Shown here: positions 25,210 through 33,359 of the stretch, one piece after another | Numbering within the stretch: the stretch's first letter is position 1 | Layout of the letters: each line of letters opens with the position of its first letter | DNA from: an uncultured Methanomicrobia archaeon | GTDB lineage: Archaea > Halobacteriota > Bog-38 > Methanoflorentales > Methanoflorentaceae | Assembly (NCBI GenBank): GCA_964534635.1 | Contig: CAZHSW010000099.1 | Span: 1-38,337, forward strand | Reading direction: 5' to 3' | Length of the DNA stretch: 38,337 bases | Notes under the pieces: model-generated | What the model saw: the letters and a program-made list of their open reading frames with translations, nothing else | Database searches by the model: none | What the model was told of the DNA's origin: nothing | Program-made: the position numbers and the translations under genes

Positions 25210-27132
25210 ATGACGAGTGTCGATGTGGCAGCGTTGGTGCCCGAGCTGCAAGTTCTCGTTGGCGCAAAGTTTGAGAAGGCATACCAGCTCACGCCCGTAG
25301 AGCTCCGCCTGAGGTTTGTGACAGCACAGGGGAAACGCGACTTGCTAATTGAAGCAGGCAAGAGATTGCACTTGACGAGCACGCCTTTTGCCGCGCCTGT
25401 TACGCCCCCAAGTTTTCCTATGTTGCTGAGAAAAGAGCTGAGAGGCGGCAAAATCAGTTCCGTCACGCAATATGACTTCGATCGGGTCATCGAGATACAG
25501 CTTACGCGAGAGACCGATCAACGTTACCTTATCTGTGAGCTCTTTTCAAAGGGAAACATCATCCTTGCTGACGAGTCTAGGCGGATTATCCTACCGCTGC
25601 GAGTTGTAAGATCGGCTGCTCGGCAAATCATAAGAGGGCAGTGCTATGAATATCCGGTGACTCAGCTGAGCCCTGCCGGCTTGCCGTATGATGAGTTTGA
25701 AGCTGTTATTACTTCTACGTCGCGTGAAGTCGTTCGGACGCTTGCGACGCGCTTGAATCTCGGAGGGCTTTATGCGGAAGAAGTGTGCTTCCGTGCGGGC
25801 GTTACGAAAAACATTACAAGCTTAAATCCAGACGAGATTCGAAGGCTCTACGCTGCTCTGCAAGCCGTGTTCGAGCCCGTGCGATCAAATAACTTCAAAC
25901 CGCACATAGTGTGCGATGATGAGTCGAATCCTATCGACGTCGTTCCGTTTGAGCTGTCGTTGTACAGTCTGCACAAGAAACATTGTCTCACAAGTTTCGG
26001 CCAAGCCCTCGACGTTTATTACGAACGAACTATTGAGAGACCAGAAGCTACGCCCGCGGCCTACGGACGATTTGACAAAATCATCGAAAGGCAGCGAGCG
26101 GCCATTGAACAATTTAAAAATCTTGAGAGAGAGAACAGACGAAAAGGAGAGTTGCTTTTCGAGAGGTACCAAGAGCTCGATCGACTAATTAGATCCGTGA
26201 GAGAGGCCCGGCTATCGAGGACGTGGAGCGAAGTGGCAGATGTCCTCGGCACATTCGCGTTCGTCCAGCAGGTCGATCAAAGTACCGGAACAATCACGAT
26301 CGAAGTAGATAGCGTTGTGATTGATCTCACAGTTGCCGCCGACGTTCCGCAGAACGCGCAAAGGTATTACGATAAGGCGAAGGTCGCGAAGGCAAAAGCG
26401 GAAGGTGCGCAGCGAGCGTTAGCGCAGACTTTGAAAAAGGCTGAGCGAGAAAAAGAGACGGATCTTAGGTCGCGCGCTCCTGAAAAAAAGCCCTTCAAAA
26501 AAAGGAAGACTCGCTGGTACGAGCGCTACCGCTGGTTTTTTTCGTCTGAGGGTTTTCTGGTAATAGGGGGCAGGGATGCTGACACAAACGAAGAATTGGT
26601 GAAGAAGTACTTGGAACCGCGCGATCTATTTCTTCACGCTGATGTTCACGGCGCTCCTGTCGTTATCGTAAAATCGCAAGGAAAGGAAATTCCGGAGCGC
26701 ACGATTCGTGAGGCTGCAGAATTCGCCGTCTCTTATTCGTCGATATGGAAAGAAGGCCTCGCTTCTGGTCGTTGCTATTGGGTTTATCCGAACCAGGTCT
26801 CGAAAACCCCAGAATCGGGAGAGTACGTGCCAAAGGGTGCGTTCGTTATACGGGGTGAGCGCCACTACTTGGAATCCCAAGCGCGACTTGCAGTCGGACT
26901 CTCTGACGATCGGATCATTGGGGGTCCAGAGTCGGCTATAACTCGCGTAGCTCGGCCGTTTGTAGTGATAGAACCCGGCAAATACAACTCGAACGATCTT
27001 GCGAAGATGATTTCGCGACAACTTCTAGCGACGGCGGCTGATGATCAACGAAAGGGCATGCGTAGGATAATAACCATCGACCAGATTATGAAGTTTCTTC
27101 CGATCGGCAATTCGGCATTAGTGAGTGTCTGA
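25210..27132 (+). CDS. NFACT-family ribosome quality control protein (RqcH/FbpA-like, with DUF814/NFACT-R domain)
   Basis: MTSVDVAALVPELQ..FEKAYQ..ELRLRF is the NFACT-N start. It also has a coiled-coil middle and DLFLHADVHGAPVVIVK (NFACT-R/DUF814). The ORF is open from GTG 25165, so the start is ambiguous. Confidence 0.88.
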   Translation: MTSVDVAALVPELQVLVGAKFEKAYQLTPVELRLRFVTAQGKRDLLIEAGKRLHLTSTPFAAPVTPPSFPMLLRKELRGGKISSVTQYDFDRVIEIQLTRETDQRYLICELFSKGNIILADESRRIILPLRVVRSAARQIIRGQCYEYPVTQLSPAGLPYDEFEAVITSTSREVVRTLATRLNLGGLYAEEVCFRAGVTKNITSLNPDEIRRLYAALQAVFEPVRSNNFKPHIVCDDESNPIDVVPFELSLYSLHKKHCLTSFGQALDVYYERTIERPEATPAAYGRFDKIIERQRAAIEQFKNLERENRRKGELLFERYQELDRLIRSVREARLSRTWSEVADVLGTFAFVQQVDQSTGTITIEVDSVVIDLTVAADVPQNAQRYYDKAKVAKAKAEGAQRALAQTLKKAEREKETDLRSRAPEKKPFKKRKTRWYERYRWFFSSEGFLVIGGRDADTNEELVKKYLEPRDLFLHADVHGAPVVIVKSQGKEIPERTIREAAEFAVSYSSIWKEGLASGRCYWVYPNQVSKTPESGEYVPKGAFVIRGERHYLESQARLAVGLSDDRIIGGPESAITRVARPFVVIEPGKYNSNDLAKMISRQLLATAADDQRKGMRRIITIDQIMKFLPIGNSALVSV

Positions 27133-27189
27133 ATAGCGGTAGCTGCGTGTTGGCGGCTGCGAATCGATGCCTGTGCCATCAAAAAAGCA

Positions 27190-27195
27190 TTTATA
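27190..27195 (+). promoter_or_regulatory. TATA box (TTTATA) with purine-rich BRE-like flank upstream of rpl7ae
   Basis: AAAAAAGCATTTATACC lies at 27181-27197. It would give a ~130-nt leader. A weaker alternative, TAAAATAT at 27292-27299, would give a ~30-nt leader. Confidence 0.4.
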
Positions 27196-27351
27196 CCTCA
27201 GCATCTAAAATGAAGGCGCCAACTGGACACTTGAAACAGCCATTGACGAGAATAACGCTTAATCTTTAGCGTTTTGAAGTTTGTAGGGCACTAAAATATC
27301 GATGAATGATGAGGATCAGTTCGATAAGGATCCAGAAAGAGGTATATACAT

Positions 27352-27726
27352 ATGGCAAAACCGATGTTTGTGAAATTCGATGTCCCCGATGAGATCGAGA
27401 GCAAAGCGCTCGAGGCCTTAGAGAGCGCCCGTGATACTGGGAAAATAAAAAAGGGCACGAACGAGGTAACAAAAGCGATTGAAAGAGGGATCGTTCAGCT
27501 CGTATTGATAAGTACAGATGTCCAACCTGAGGAAATTGTGGCGCACATTCCCCCGCTTTGCGACGAGAAAGAGATATCTTACATCTACGTGAAGAGACAG
27601 GCCGATCTAGGAGCAGCTTCCGGGCTTGACGTGGGTTCAGCCGCAGCAGCGATCATTGACGCAGGCAAGAGCAAGCCCTTAGTTGACGAAGTAATCGATC
27701 AACTTAAGGCGATCCGTTCGGGGTAA
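27352..27726 (+). CDS. rpl7ae: 50S ribosomal protein L7Ae (eL8; also a box C/D, H/ACA and RNase P RNP component)
   Basis: The L7Ae signature is [50 protein letters not shown] lies 8 nt upstream of the ATG. Confidence 0.95.
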   Translation: MAKPMFVKFDVPDEIESKALEALESARDTGKIKKGTNEVTKAIERGIVQLVLISTDVQPEEIVAHIPPLCDEKEISYIYVKRQADLGAASGLDVGSAAAAIIDAGKSKPLVDEVIDQLKAIRSG

Positions 27727-27754
27727 ACGGATAGACGAATGCGGAGGACGGACA

Positions 27755-27970
27755 GTGGTAGAATATAGCGACGCGACGCCTGCAGAGGTGATCGAGATAG
27801 TGGGCAATACGGGGATGCACGGAGAGGCTAAACAAGTAAAGTGCCGCATTCTCGATGGCTCTAACAAAGGAAGGATAATCACACGGAACTGCGTAGGCCC
27901 GGTTCAAATTGGAGACATCCTTATGCTTCGTGAGACAGCGCACGAGGCTAAGAAACTTATGACGAGGTAA
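27755..27970 (+). CDS. rps28e: 30S ribosomal protein S28e
   Basis: [60 protein letters not shown] is the S28e pattern. The start is GTG, with GGAGG (27743-27747) 7 nt upstream. Confidence 0.95.
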   Translation: MVEYSDATPAEVIEIVGNTGMHGEAKQVKCRILDGSNKGRIITRNCVGPVQIGDILMLRETAHEAKKLMTR

Positions 27971-27974
27971 ACCG

Positions 27975-28163
27975 ATGGAAAAGCGCAAGTGCACGTTCTG
28001 CGGCAACGCCATCGAACTTGGCACGGGCACGATGTTTGTCAAGCGAGATGGAACTGTATACAACTTCTGTTCATCTAAGTGCGAGAAGAATTTAAGGTTG
28101 GGTCGTCTTGCGCGACGAGTTGCTTGGACGGAAGAGGGCCGACTTGCGCGAAAGAAAGCGTGA
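27975..28163 (+). CDS. rpl24e: 50S ribosomal protein L24e
   Basis: CTFCGNAIELGTGTMFVKRDGTVYNFCSSKCEKN is the zinc-ribbon L24e pattern. GAGGT lies upstream of the ATG. Confidence 0.95.
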   Translation: MEKRKCTFCGNAIELGTGTMFVKRDGTVYNFCSSKCEKNLRLGRLARRVAWTEEGRLARKKA

Positions 28164-28636
28164 TGATGGTTCAAATGGCGTCTGAAGACCATATTGAAAG
28201 CACTTTCCTAATGATCAAGCCAGACGGGGTTCAGAGAAGGCTTGTAGGAGAGATTATTTCACGAGTCGAGGAAAAGGGTTTGAAGCTTCGAGCCTTGAAG
28301 CTCAAGAACTTGGACATAGAGACTGCTCGCGAACACTATGCAGAGCACATCGACAAAGCCTTTTACGATCACTTGGTCTATTATCTCACGTCGGGACCAA
28401 TCATCATTATGGCGGTCGAGGGCTTTAACGCGGTGCGAGCAGTGCGCCAGCTCGTTGGAGCAACAAATCCGATAGAGGCAATGCCTGGAAGCCTGCGCGG
28501 AGATTTTTGCCTCGAGCCTGTGAGAAACTTGGTGCACGCGGCGGATTCGCCGGAAGCTGCGCTGCGTGAGCTGTCCCTGCATTTCAAGAAAGACGACTAC
28601 GTCAGTGACACGCGGGTCAGCGAGTTAAGTGATTAG
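28163..28636 (+). CDS. ndk: Nucleoside diphosphate kinase
   Basis: ESTFLMIKPDGVQRRLVGEIISR.E.KG and NLVHAADSPE (active-site His) are Ndk blocks. ATG 28163 overlaps the rpl24e TGA by 1 nt. The track ORF start (28079) lies inside rpl24e. Confidence 0.92.
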   Translation: MMVQMASEDHIESTFLMIKPDGVQRRLVGEIISRVEEKGLKLRALKLKNLDIETAREHYAEHIDKAFYDHLVYYLTSGPIIIMAVEGFNAVRAVRQLVGATNPIEAMPGSLRGDFCLEPVRNLVHAADSPEAALRELSLHFKKDDYVSDTRVSELSD

Positions 28637-28658
28637 TTCTCCGCAAATCTGGTTGGAC

Positions 28659-28868
28659 ATGCCTCGCATTGTCATCGACGAGGAGAAGTGCGACGGCGTC
28701 GGAATGTGCGCCAGTGTTTGCCCCAAAGGTCCGCGGATTTATAGCACCGCCGTCATCGATGGCGCGAGGAAATGCGTCGTGAAGGATCCAAGTTTTTGCC
28801 TCGGTTGTACGACGTGTATCGGAAGGTGTCCGAAAGGCGCGATTAGCATTGACTTCTCGGCGCCCTAG
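28659..28868 (+). CDS. Small 2x[4Fe-4S]-type ferredoxin
   Basis: CDGVGMCASVCP and CLGCTTCIGRCP are two Cys clusters in ~69 aa. ATG 28659 is preferred over the track start at 28629. Confidence 0.75.
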   Translation: MPRIVIDEEKCDGVGMCASVCPKGPRIYSTAVIDGARKCVVKDPSFCLGCTTCIGRCPKGAISIDFSAP

Positions 28869-28876
28869 AATGGCTC

Positions 28877-29434
28877 CTAATGGTCCTCGCAGATCTTAAC
28901 AAAGTTGAGCAGCAACGTGTTGCCGGCTTCTGTGTGCGCAACTTCGGGGTGCCACTGCACGCCGTAAATAGGCTTTGAAACGTGTTTCATCGCTTCCACT
29001 TCGCATATCGCTGAGCGCGCGAGCTTAACGAAATCGTTTGGAATTCGGGCCACTTCGTCAGCGTGGGAAGCCCATGTGACGATCGTAGGCTTCATGTTGA
29101 TGAGAATGTCGTCTGGTTCGATGATCTCGACCGTGACGTTCGCATATCCGCCTGTAGCGCCTTTTCTAACGGCACCGCCAAAAGCCTCCGCGATCAGTTG
29201 ATGGCCTAAGCAGATCCCTAATATGGGCAGCGGTATCTCTCTCACGTACTGCTTGCAGTTTCCTATACGGTCAATAGAGGGGCCGCCGCTAAAAATCAAA
29301 CCGTCCGGGTCGTTCTGAAGCAACACGTCTTTCTCAACGGTGTTCCTTACCATTTCGCACGTGACATCCATGTCACGCAGAGCTCGTTGAATCAGGTGCG
29401 CAAACTGCCCGTAGTTGTTGACAACCAGTATCAA
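28877..29434 (-). CDS. guaAA: GMP synthase, glutamine amidotransferase subunit A
   Basis: It has class I GATase motifs: GLIFSGGPS, GICLGHQLIAEAFGG (catalytic Cys) and VQWHPEV (His). The protein is 185 aa. The start is TTG, with AGGT 8 nt upstream. Confidence 0.9.
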   Translation of the reverse strand: MILVVNNYGQFAHLIQRALRDMDVTCEMVRNTVEKDVLLQNDPDGLIFSGGPSIDRIGNCKQYVREIPLPILGICLGHQLIAEAFGGAVRKGATGGYANVTVEIIEPDDILINMKPTIVTWASHADEVARIPNDFVKLARSAICEVEAMKHVSKPIYGVQWHPEVAHTEAGNTLLLNFVKICEDH

Positions 29435-29468
29435 AAGCTTTACCTTGCCTGATTAGGAAAGTTGGCGC

Positions 29469-29708
29469 TCAAGCTTCTTTTGAAGCGTACACGCGCCAGG
29501 TAGTGCCGTGAGAATAGCTCCACTTTTCGATGACGATGTCTTCTGAATTGTCGATTAACATGCTGATGTTCGTGCCGACTTCGTTGGGACTGAGGCCAAG
29601 TTCTCGCGCAATGGACTTGCTCTTGAAAAAGTGTTTGCCCCGCGTAACCCCCTTTTTCAGATAATTTAGTATCCGCTTTCGGTTGTCGTTGGTGTCGGAC
29701 ATCTTCAT
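29469..29708 (-). CDS. Small winged-helix DNA-binding protein (hypothetical, 79 aa)
   Basis: RKRILNYLKKG..FFKSKSIARELGLSPNEVGTNISMLID is HTH-like. A TATA element (rc of 29733-29742, ATATATATAA) lies ~30 nt upstream of the ATG, so the mRNA is probably leaderless. The gene ends 34 nt upstream of guaAA. Confidence 0.6.
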   Translation of the reverse strand: MKMSDTNDNRKRILNYLKKGVTRGKHFFKSKSIARELGLSPNEVGTNISMLIDNSEDIVIEKWSYSHGTTWRVYASKEA

Positions 29709-29748
29709 CTCCTATACAAGTGGCCGCTTTTGTTATATATATTCTTTA

Positions 29749-29767
29749 GTTAAGTGCCGTTAAGTGC
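29749..29767. repeat. Tandem direct repeat GTTAAGTGC (x2, 10-bp period) just upstream of the wHTH gene TATA box
   Basis: GTTAAGTGC occurs at 29749-29757 and 29759-29767, separated by one C. It lies 7-25 nt distal to the TATA element of the minus-strand 79-aa gene. Confidence 0.6.
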
Positions 29768-29806
29768 TTCGATCTGGACGATTTCGTCAACCAGCTCTTC
29801 GGGTCA

Positions 29807-30775
29807 TCACGTGTAGGCCGTTAAGCAGTGCTGCCCCTTCACTAAAGGCATTGCCTCGATCCCGAGCCTATCGTGGATGAGTTTTGCAAACTTCTTTGCG
29901 AAGCCATGACACGTGTACACCAGTTGAGGATTACATCGATCGATGAAGTTCATCAGATCCCTAAAATCGGCGTGGTCAGACAACGCAAATGCGTAATCCA
30001 CGCCCTGAAAGTACTTGAAACCTCGGTTGACCGCCCAGCCTGAAACGGCCAGCGTTCGCTTCTTTCTGAAGCACACTTCGTCTGAAGCGCTCAGCCGGTT
30101 CCTTGTCGTTATATGCACAAAAGGCTCTCGCCTGTTTGCTGCTTCCGTTGCATCGAATAGTTGATGGCGAAACTTGTAGCCAAAATCTCCGAGTGCTTCG
30201 TTGATCTCGTATATGTTGTGATCTACAAAAGGACAGTAATCGCCCAGGAGAACTGTGAGTTCTTGCGCTTTTCCAAAAGGATACGCGAAAACAACCACTG
30301 ATTCGTCGTTATCTATGCAAGAAGCCACGCACTCTTGAATCTGCGCCGTGACCGTTTTTGTTTCCGGAAAGACGTACTCTTCGCTCCCGAACGTGGACTC
30401 GACAATTAAGACGTCGGCGTTGACAGGTTGCGCTCCCATTGAAAAGAATTTTTCTTTCGTGCAGAAGTCGCCGGTGTAAAGAATGCTGAAATCACCTTCC
30501 AAGTAGAACATATGCGAGCCGATGACGTGGCCTGCATCAAGCGACCGAACTGATGTGTGGGGCAATATATTTGCTTGCGCTCGTTTTCTCAATTTCAGTA
30601 GCGCCTGCGTGACATCTGACATTATTATGCTCTTACCGTGGCAGCGAGTTGGTAAATGATCAGAGTGCCCGTGCGAAACCAAGTTGATTTCGTTTGGCGC
30701 GTAAGTTCGAGGATCGAGCCTAAATTTTGTACCGTCGGCAAAAGTGACGGATATCCCATTCGTCTGATAGATCAT
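29807..30775 (-). CDS. MBL-fold / beta-CASP family hydrolase (short form, probable nuclease)
   Basis: It has the MBL motifs HGHSDH, AGHVIGS and YTGDF, and beta-CASP-like motifs VESTFG, LSDHAD and TCHG. The protein is 322 aa with no KH domains. Confidence 0.72.
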   Translation of the reverse strand: MIYQTNGISVTFADGTKFRLDPRTYAPNEINLVSHGHSDHLPTRCHGKSIIMSDVTQALLKLRKRAQANILPHTSVRSLDAGHVIGSHMFYLEGDFSILYTGDFCTKEKFFSMGAQPVNADVLIVESTFGSEEYVFPETKTVTAQIQECVASCIDNDESVVVFAYPFGKAQELTVLLGDYCPFVDHNIYEINEALGDFGYKFRHQLFDATEAANRREPFVHITTRNRLSASDEVCFRKKRTLAVSGWAVNRGFKYFQGVDYAFALSDHADFRDLMNFIDRCNPQLVYTCHGFAKKFAKLIHDRLGIEAMPLVKGQHCLTAYT

Positions 30776-30815
30776 AGCGACTCGACGTTTTGAGCTTCGT
30801 TATGCCACCCAACAG

Positions 30816-31100
30816 TTATGGTAGGTTGCCTTCGCCGCTAAGGCCGTGTTGCATTTCCAAGTTCATTGCTATAAGAATCTCAAATATTCTCTTGACTGAA
30901 CCAGCGTCTATGTTACGCTCTGTAGCTAGGTCAACCGCCCTGTCAAGCACACGTTTATTTTGCTTTTCGTCGTTTATTTGCGCGAAGCCGTCGGCCCTCT
31001 TAGCCTGCAAGATCTGCAAGGCTAAATCCGTTCTTCGCGCTATGAGCTCAACGATCTGCTCGTCGATTGACGCCACTTCACTTCGAACTTCTTCTATCAT
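30816..31100 (-). CDS. Chorismate mutase (AroQ class)
   Basis: MIEEVRSEVASIDEQIVELIARRTDLALQILQAK..KRVLDRAV.. is the AroQ helical pattern, giving ~94 aa from ATG 31100. The ORF is also open to TTG 31151. Confidence 0.8.
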   Translation of the reverse strand: MIEEVRSEVASIDEQIVELIARRTDLALQILQAKRADGFAQINDEKQNKRVLDRAVDLATERNIDAGSVKRIFEILIAMNLEMQHGLSGEGNLP

Positions 31101-31154
31101 TTGATTTGGAAAGCCTGTGTAACAAAAGGAAATAGCCGGCTCTGGAAGCAAGCA

Positions 31155-32003
31155 TTAAAGTGCTTCTATTTGCGCTCCCATATTTGACGTTTCGCTTTCG
31201 ATCACGAGTCCGTCGAGTGATTCCCACGCTTTTTTTACGGCTTTCGACGACGACGTGTCGACCAATGCGATATAAGCCGGCCCGGTTCCCGACAACGTCG
31301 CCGCTCTCGCCCCAGCTTCTAAGGCGAATATCATGGGCTTCGTGCTAAAATTGAACGCGCTGCAGTATATTAGGCCATTCAAAACCATCGCCTTTTCGTA
31401 CTCTCCCGCCCGAACCAAACGATAGGCCACGTCGACCCAGGGGGCCAGCAGCTTTGCCCGGGTGACATTCGCTTTCGCTGAATATGATTTCGTGTGCGGC
31501 ACGAAGATGAGCACTGGCGTATCCAGCTCCACCCTTTTGAGCAGTACATCGCGTTCATTGTCAGTGATGACTAGTCCCCCGAAAAATGACGCGCATGCGT
31601 CGTCGAATGCCCCAGTAATCGTTACTCCTGCCCGTCGTGCGGCGACGACGCCTAGTTTGACAATATTGAGTGGCTGCATATCGATTTCAAGAGCTTTGAT
31701 GAGTCCTAGTACGGTTGCATTGGCTGCTGCGCTGCTACTTTTTAGCCCGCTTGCTATCGGTATCTCGCTCGTTGTAGTAACGGACACGCCAACGTCGGGA
31801 GCGAATCGCTCAAGGACTAAGCGCGCACATTCGGTAATCAGCGAAGTGTCTGCAGTCGTGTTGCCTGCAATTTGACATTTAATGCCCCTATCGATCACCG
31901 CGACCTCGGCACAAGTCTTCAGGTTTATGCCAAAAGCGGATCCTTTAAGCGTCGCAATAGCGTTGATTACTGTACCCGCGCCTAGCGCTGATGCGATTAC
32001 CAT
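31155..32003 (-). CDS. aroK: Shikimate kinase, archaeal GHMP-kinase type
   Basis: ALGAGTVINAIA..GSAFGI and the GHMP motif IPIASGLKSSSAAANA are present, and the ~280 aa size is typical of the archaeal enzyme. Confidence 0.88.
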   Translation of the reverse strand: MVIASALGAGTVINAIATLKGSAFGINLKTCAEVAVIDRGIKCQIAGNTTADTSLITECARLVLERFAPDVGVSVTTTSEIPIASGLKSSSAAANATVLGLIKALEIDMQPLNIVKLGVVAARRAGVTITGAFDDACASFFGGLVITDNERDVLLKRVELDTPVLIFVPHTKSYSAKANVTRAKLLAPWVDVAYRLVRAGEYEKAMVLNGLIYCSAFNFSTKPMIFALEAGARAATLSGTGPAYIALVDTSSSKAVKKAWESLDGLVIESETSNMGAQIEAL

Positions 32004-32120
32004 TTTGCCGTCTCTTTTTTTGCTGTCATACTGCAGACAGTGAGTATTGCCGGCACGGCCCTTGCACCTGTTAACAACGTCGCGCTTGAAAATGCTGCGC
32101 CCTCAAGCCCTTTCGAGCAC

Positions 32121-32588
32121 TCACATTTCGGCCTTGCTCTTTTCTAGGACGCGAATATCCCGAAGTTTCGTCACAGGGTAGTTGCCGGTTAGGTCTTTTT
32201 CGATGCTCTTGACCATGTCCCAAATCGTCAAAAGTGCGATGCTTACGCCTGTCAGTGCTTCCATTTCGACTCCTGTCTTGCTTTCGGATTTCACTTCACA
32301 CGTTGCCTTGATGGTCGACTCGAGAATCGCATAATCCATTTGGATGCTCGTCAACGTGATGGGGTGACAAAGCGGAATAATTTCTGAAGTTTTCTTCGCT
32401 GCAAGAACCGCTGCTATGGTAGCGGTGTTCAGCACGTCCCCCTTTGCAACGGCGTTTTGCTTTATGGCTTCAACAGTTTCGGATCTAAGATCGATGAACC
32501 CCTCTGCGACAGCGCGCCTCAAAGATATCGGTTTGTCTGAGATATCCACTTGCTGTGGTTTTCCGTCCTTTATATGCGTAAACTCCAT
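32121..32588 (-). CDS. moaC: Cyclic pyranopterin monophosphate synthase accessory protein MoaC
   Basis: VDISDK..LRRAVA.G, KGDVL..A.IA and IPLCHPI..T...GVEMEALTG are MoaC signatures. Confidence 0.93.
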   Translation of the reverse strand: MEFTHIKDGKPQQVDISDKPISLRRAVAEGFIDLRSETVEAIKQNAVAKGDVLNTATIAAVLAAKKTSEIIPLCHPITLTSIQMDYAILESTIKATCEVKSESKTGVEMEALTGVSIALLTIWDMVKSIEKDLTGNYPVTKLRDIRVLEKSKAEM

Positions 32589-32807
32589 AGTTACTACCGG
32601 GAAAAATATGGATACAATAATGATGTCCGCGTAAAAAAGGATGATGTTTTAAGCAAGTTTTTGACGGGATTCACGGTCGATTGTCTACTGGTTCACTCCG
32701 GATCTTAATCTTGTCTAATGACAACGAAATTCGCGAATGCGCGAGTCAGCTCGGCAGGGCGAATAACGTGGACAAGTTTTTTGTCAGAAAACTCGTAACG
32801 GTTTTTT

Positions 32808-33359
32808 ATGGCCATTATCAAGAGACTGGAAGGAAAACGTGTGCTTGTTTTGTTGGCTTCAGATTTTGAGGACTCTGAGTTTCGCGATGTTGCCGGGCCA
32901 CTATCGATAGAAGGCGCCGGCATAACGGTGGCAAGCACCGAAGGAGGCCTGCTTCGAGGCAAGCGTGGTGAAGAGTCAGTTATGGTTGATGTGCTCGTTC
33001 GGGACGTCGACGTTCGCGAATACACCGCCATATACGTGCCAGGCGGGAAAGCTCCGTCAAAAATCAGGGGGGATGCGGGCGTTCAAAAAGTTGTAAAAGA
33101 GGCATTCGATTACGGTGTGCGTATTGGCGCGGTATGTCACGGCCCACAAGTGCTCATTTCAGCTGGCATTGTCAAGAACAAGACTTTGACGTCGTATCCT
33201 TCGGTTGGCAAGGAATTAGAGGCGGCCGGCGCAAATTACTCGGGTAGGCCAGTCGAACGCGACGGGAGCATAACGACAGCGACAGATCCGCGAGCGCTGG
33301 CAGCATTCAACACTGCTTTTATTCGAGAGATCGCGTGTTGCGATTTGTTTGGTCCTTAA
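32808..33359 (+). CDS. pfpI: DJ-1/PfpI family protein (intracellular protease/deglycase-like)
   Basis: The nucleophile-elbow context is VLVLLASDFEDSEF.., YVPGGKAP and IGAVCHGPQVLISAG. Its 3' end overlaps the convergent cfbB ORF by 41 nt. Confidence 0.82.
   Translation: MAIIKRLEGKRVLVLLASDFEDSEFRDVAGPLSIEGAGITVASTEGGLLRGKRGEESVMVDVLVRDVDVREYTAIYVPGGKAPSKIRGDAGVQKVVKEAFDYGVRIGAVCHGPQVLISAGIVKNKTLTSYPSVGKELEAAGANYSGRPVERDGSITTATDPRALAAFNTAFIREIACCDLFGP

Noticed and set aside
27303-27345. A canonical K-turn (L7Ae binding site) built from the AUGAUGA motif in the rpl7ae leader.
   Set aside because: I tried both strand orientations around the GGAUC/GAUCC stem. The required C-stem / 3-nt bulge / tandem G.A-A.G / NC-stem geometry cannot be formed without a 5-nt bulge and mismatched NC pairs, and no downstream CUGA D-box exists. 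I keep it only as a low-interest structural observation.
28079-28162. The N-terminal extension of the ndk ORF.
   Set aside because: It lies entirely inside rpl24e in another frame. Ndk homology starts at the ATG at 28163.
32610-32660. Possible box C/D sRNA in the moaC/pfpI divergent spacer (two GAUGAUGU motifs).
   Set aside because: The motifs read UGAUGU rather than UGAUGA. No appropriately spaced CUGA D or D' boxes or terminal stem are present.
32727-32736. A perfect 10-bp palindrome, ATTCGCGAAT, upstream of pfpI.
   Set aside because: It is a single short palindrome with no second copy in the window and no obvious positional relation to a TATA box. It could easily occur by chance.
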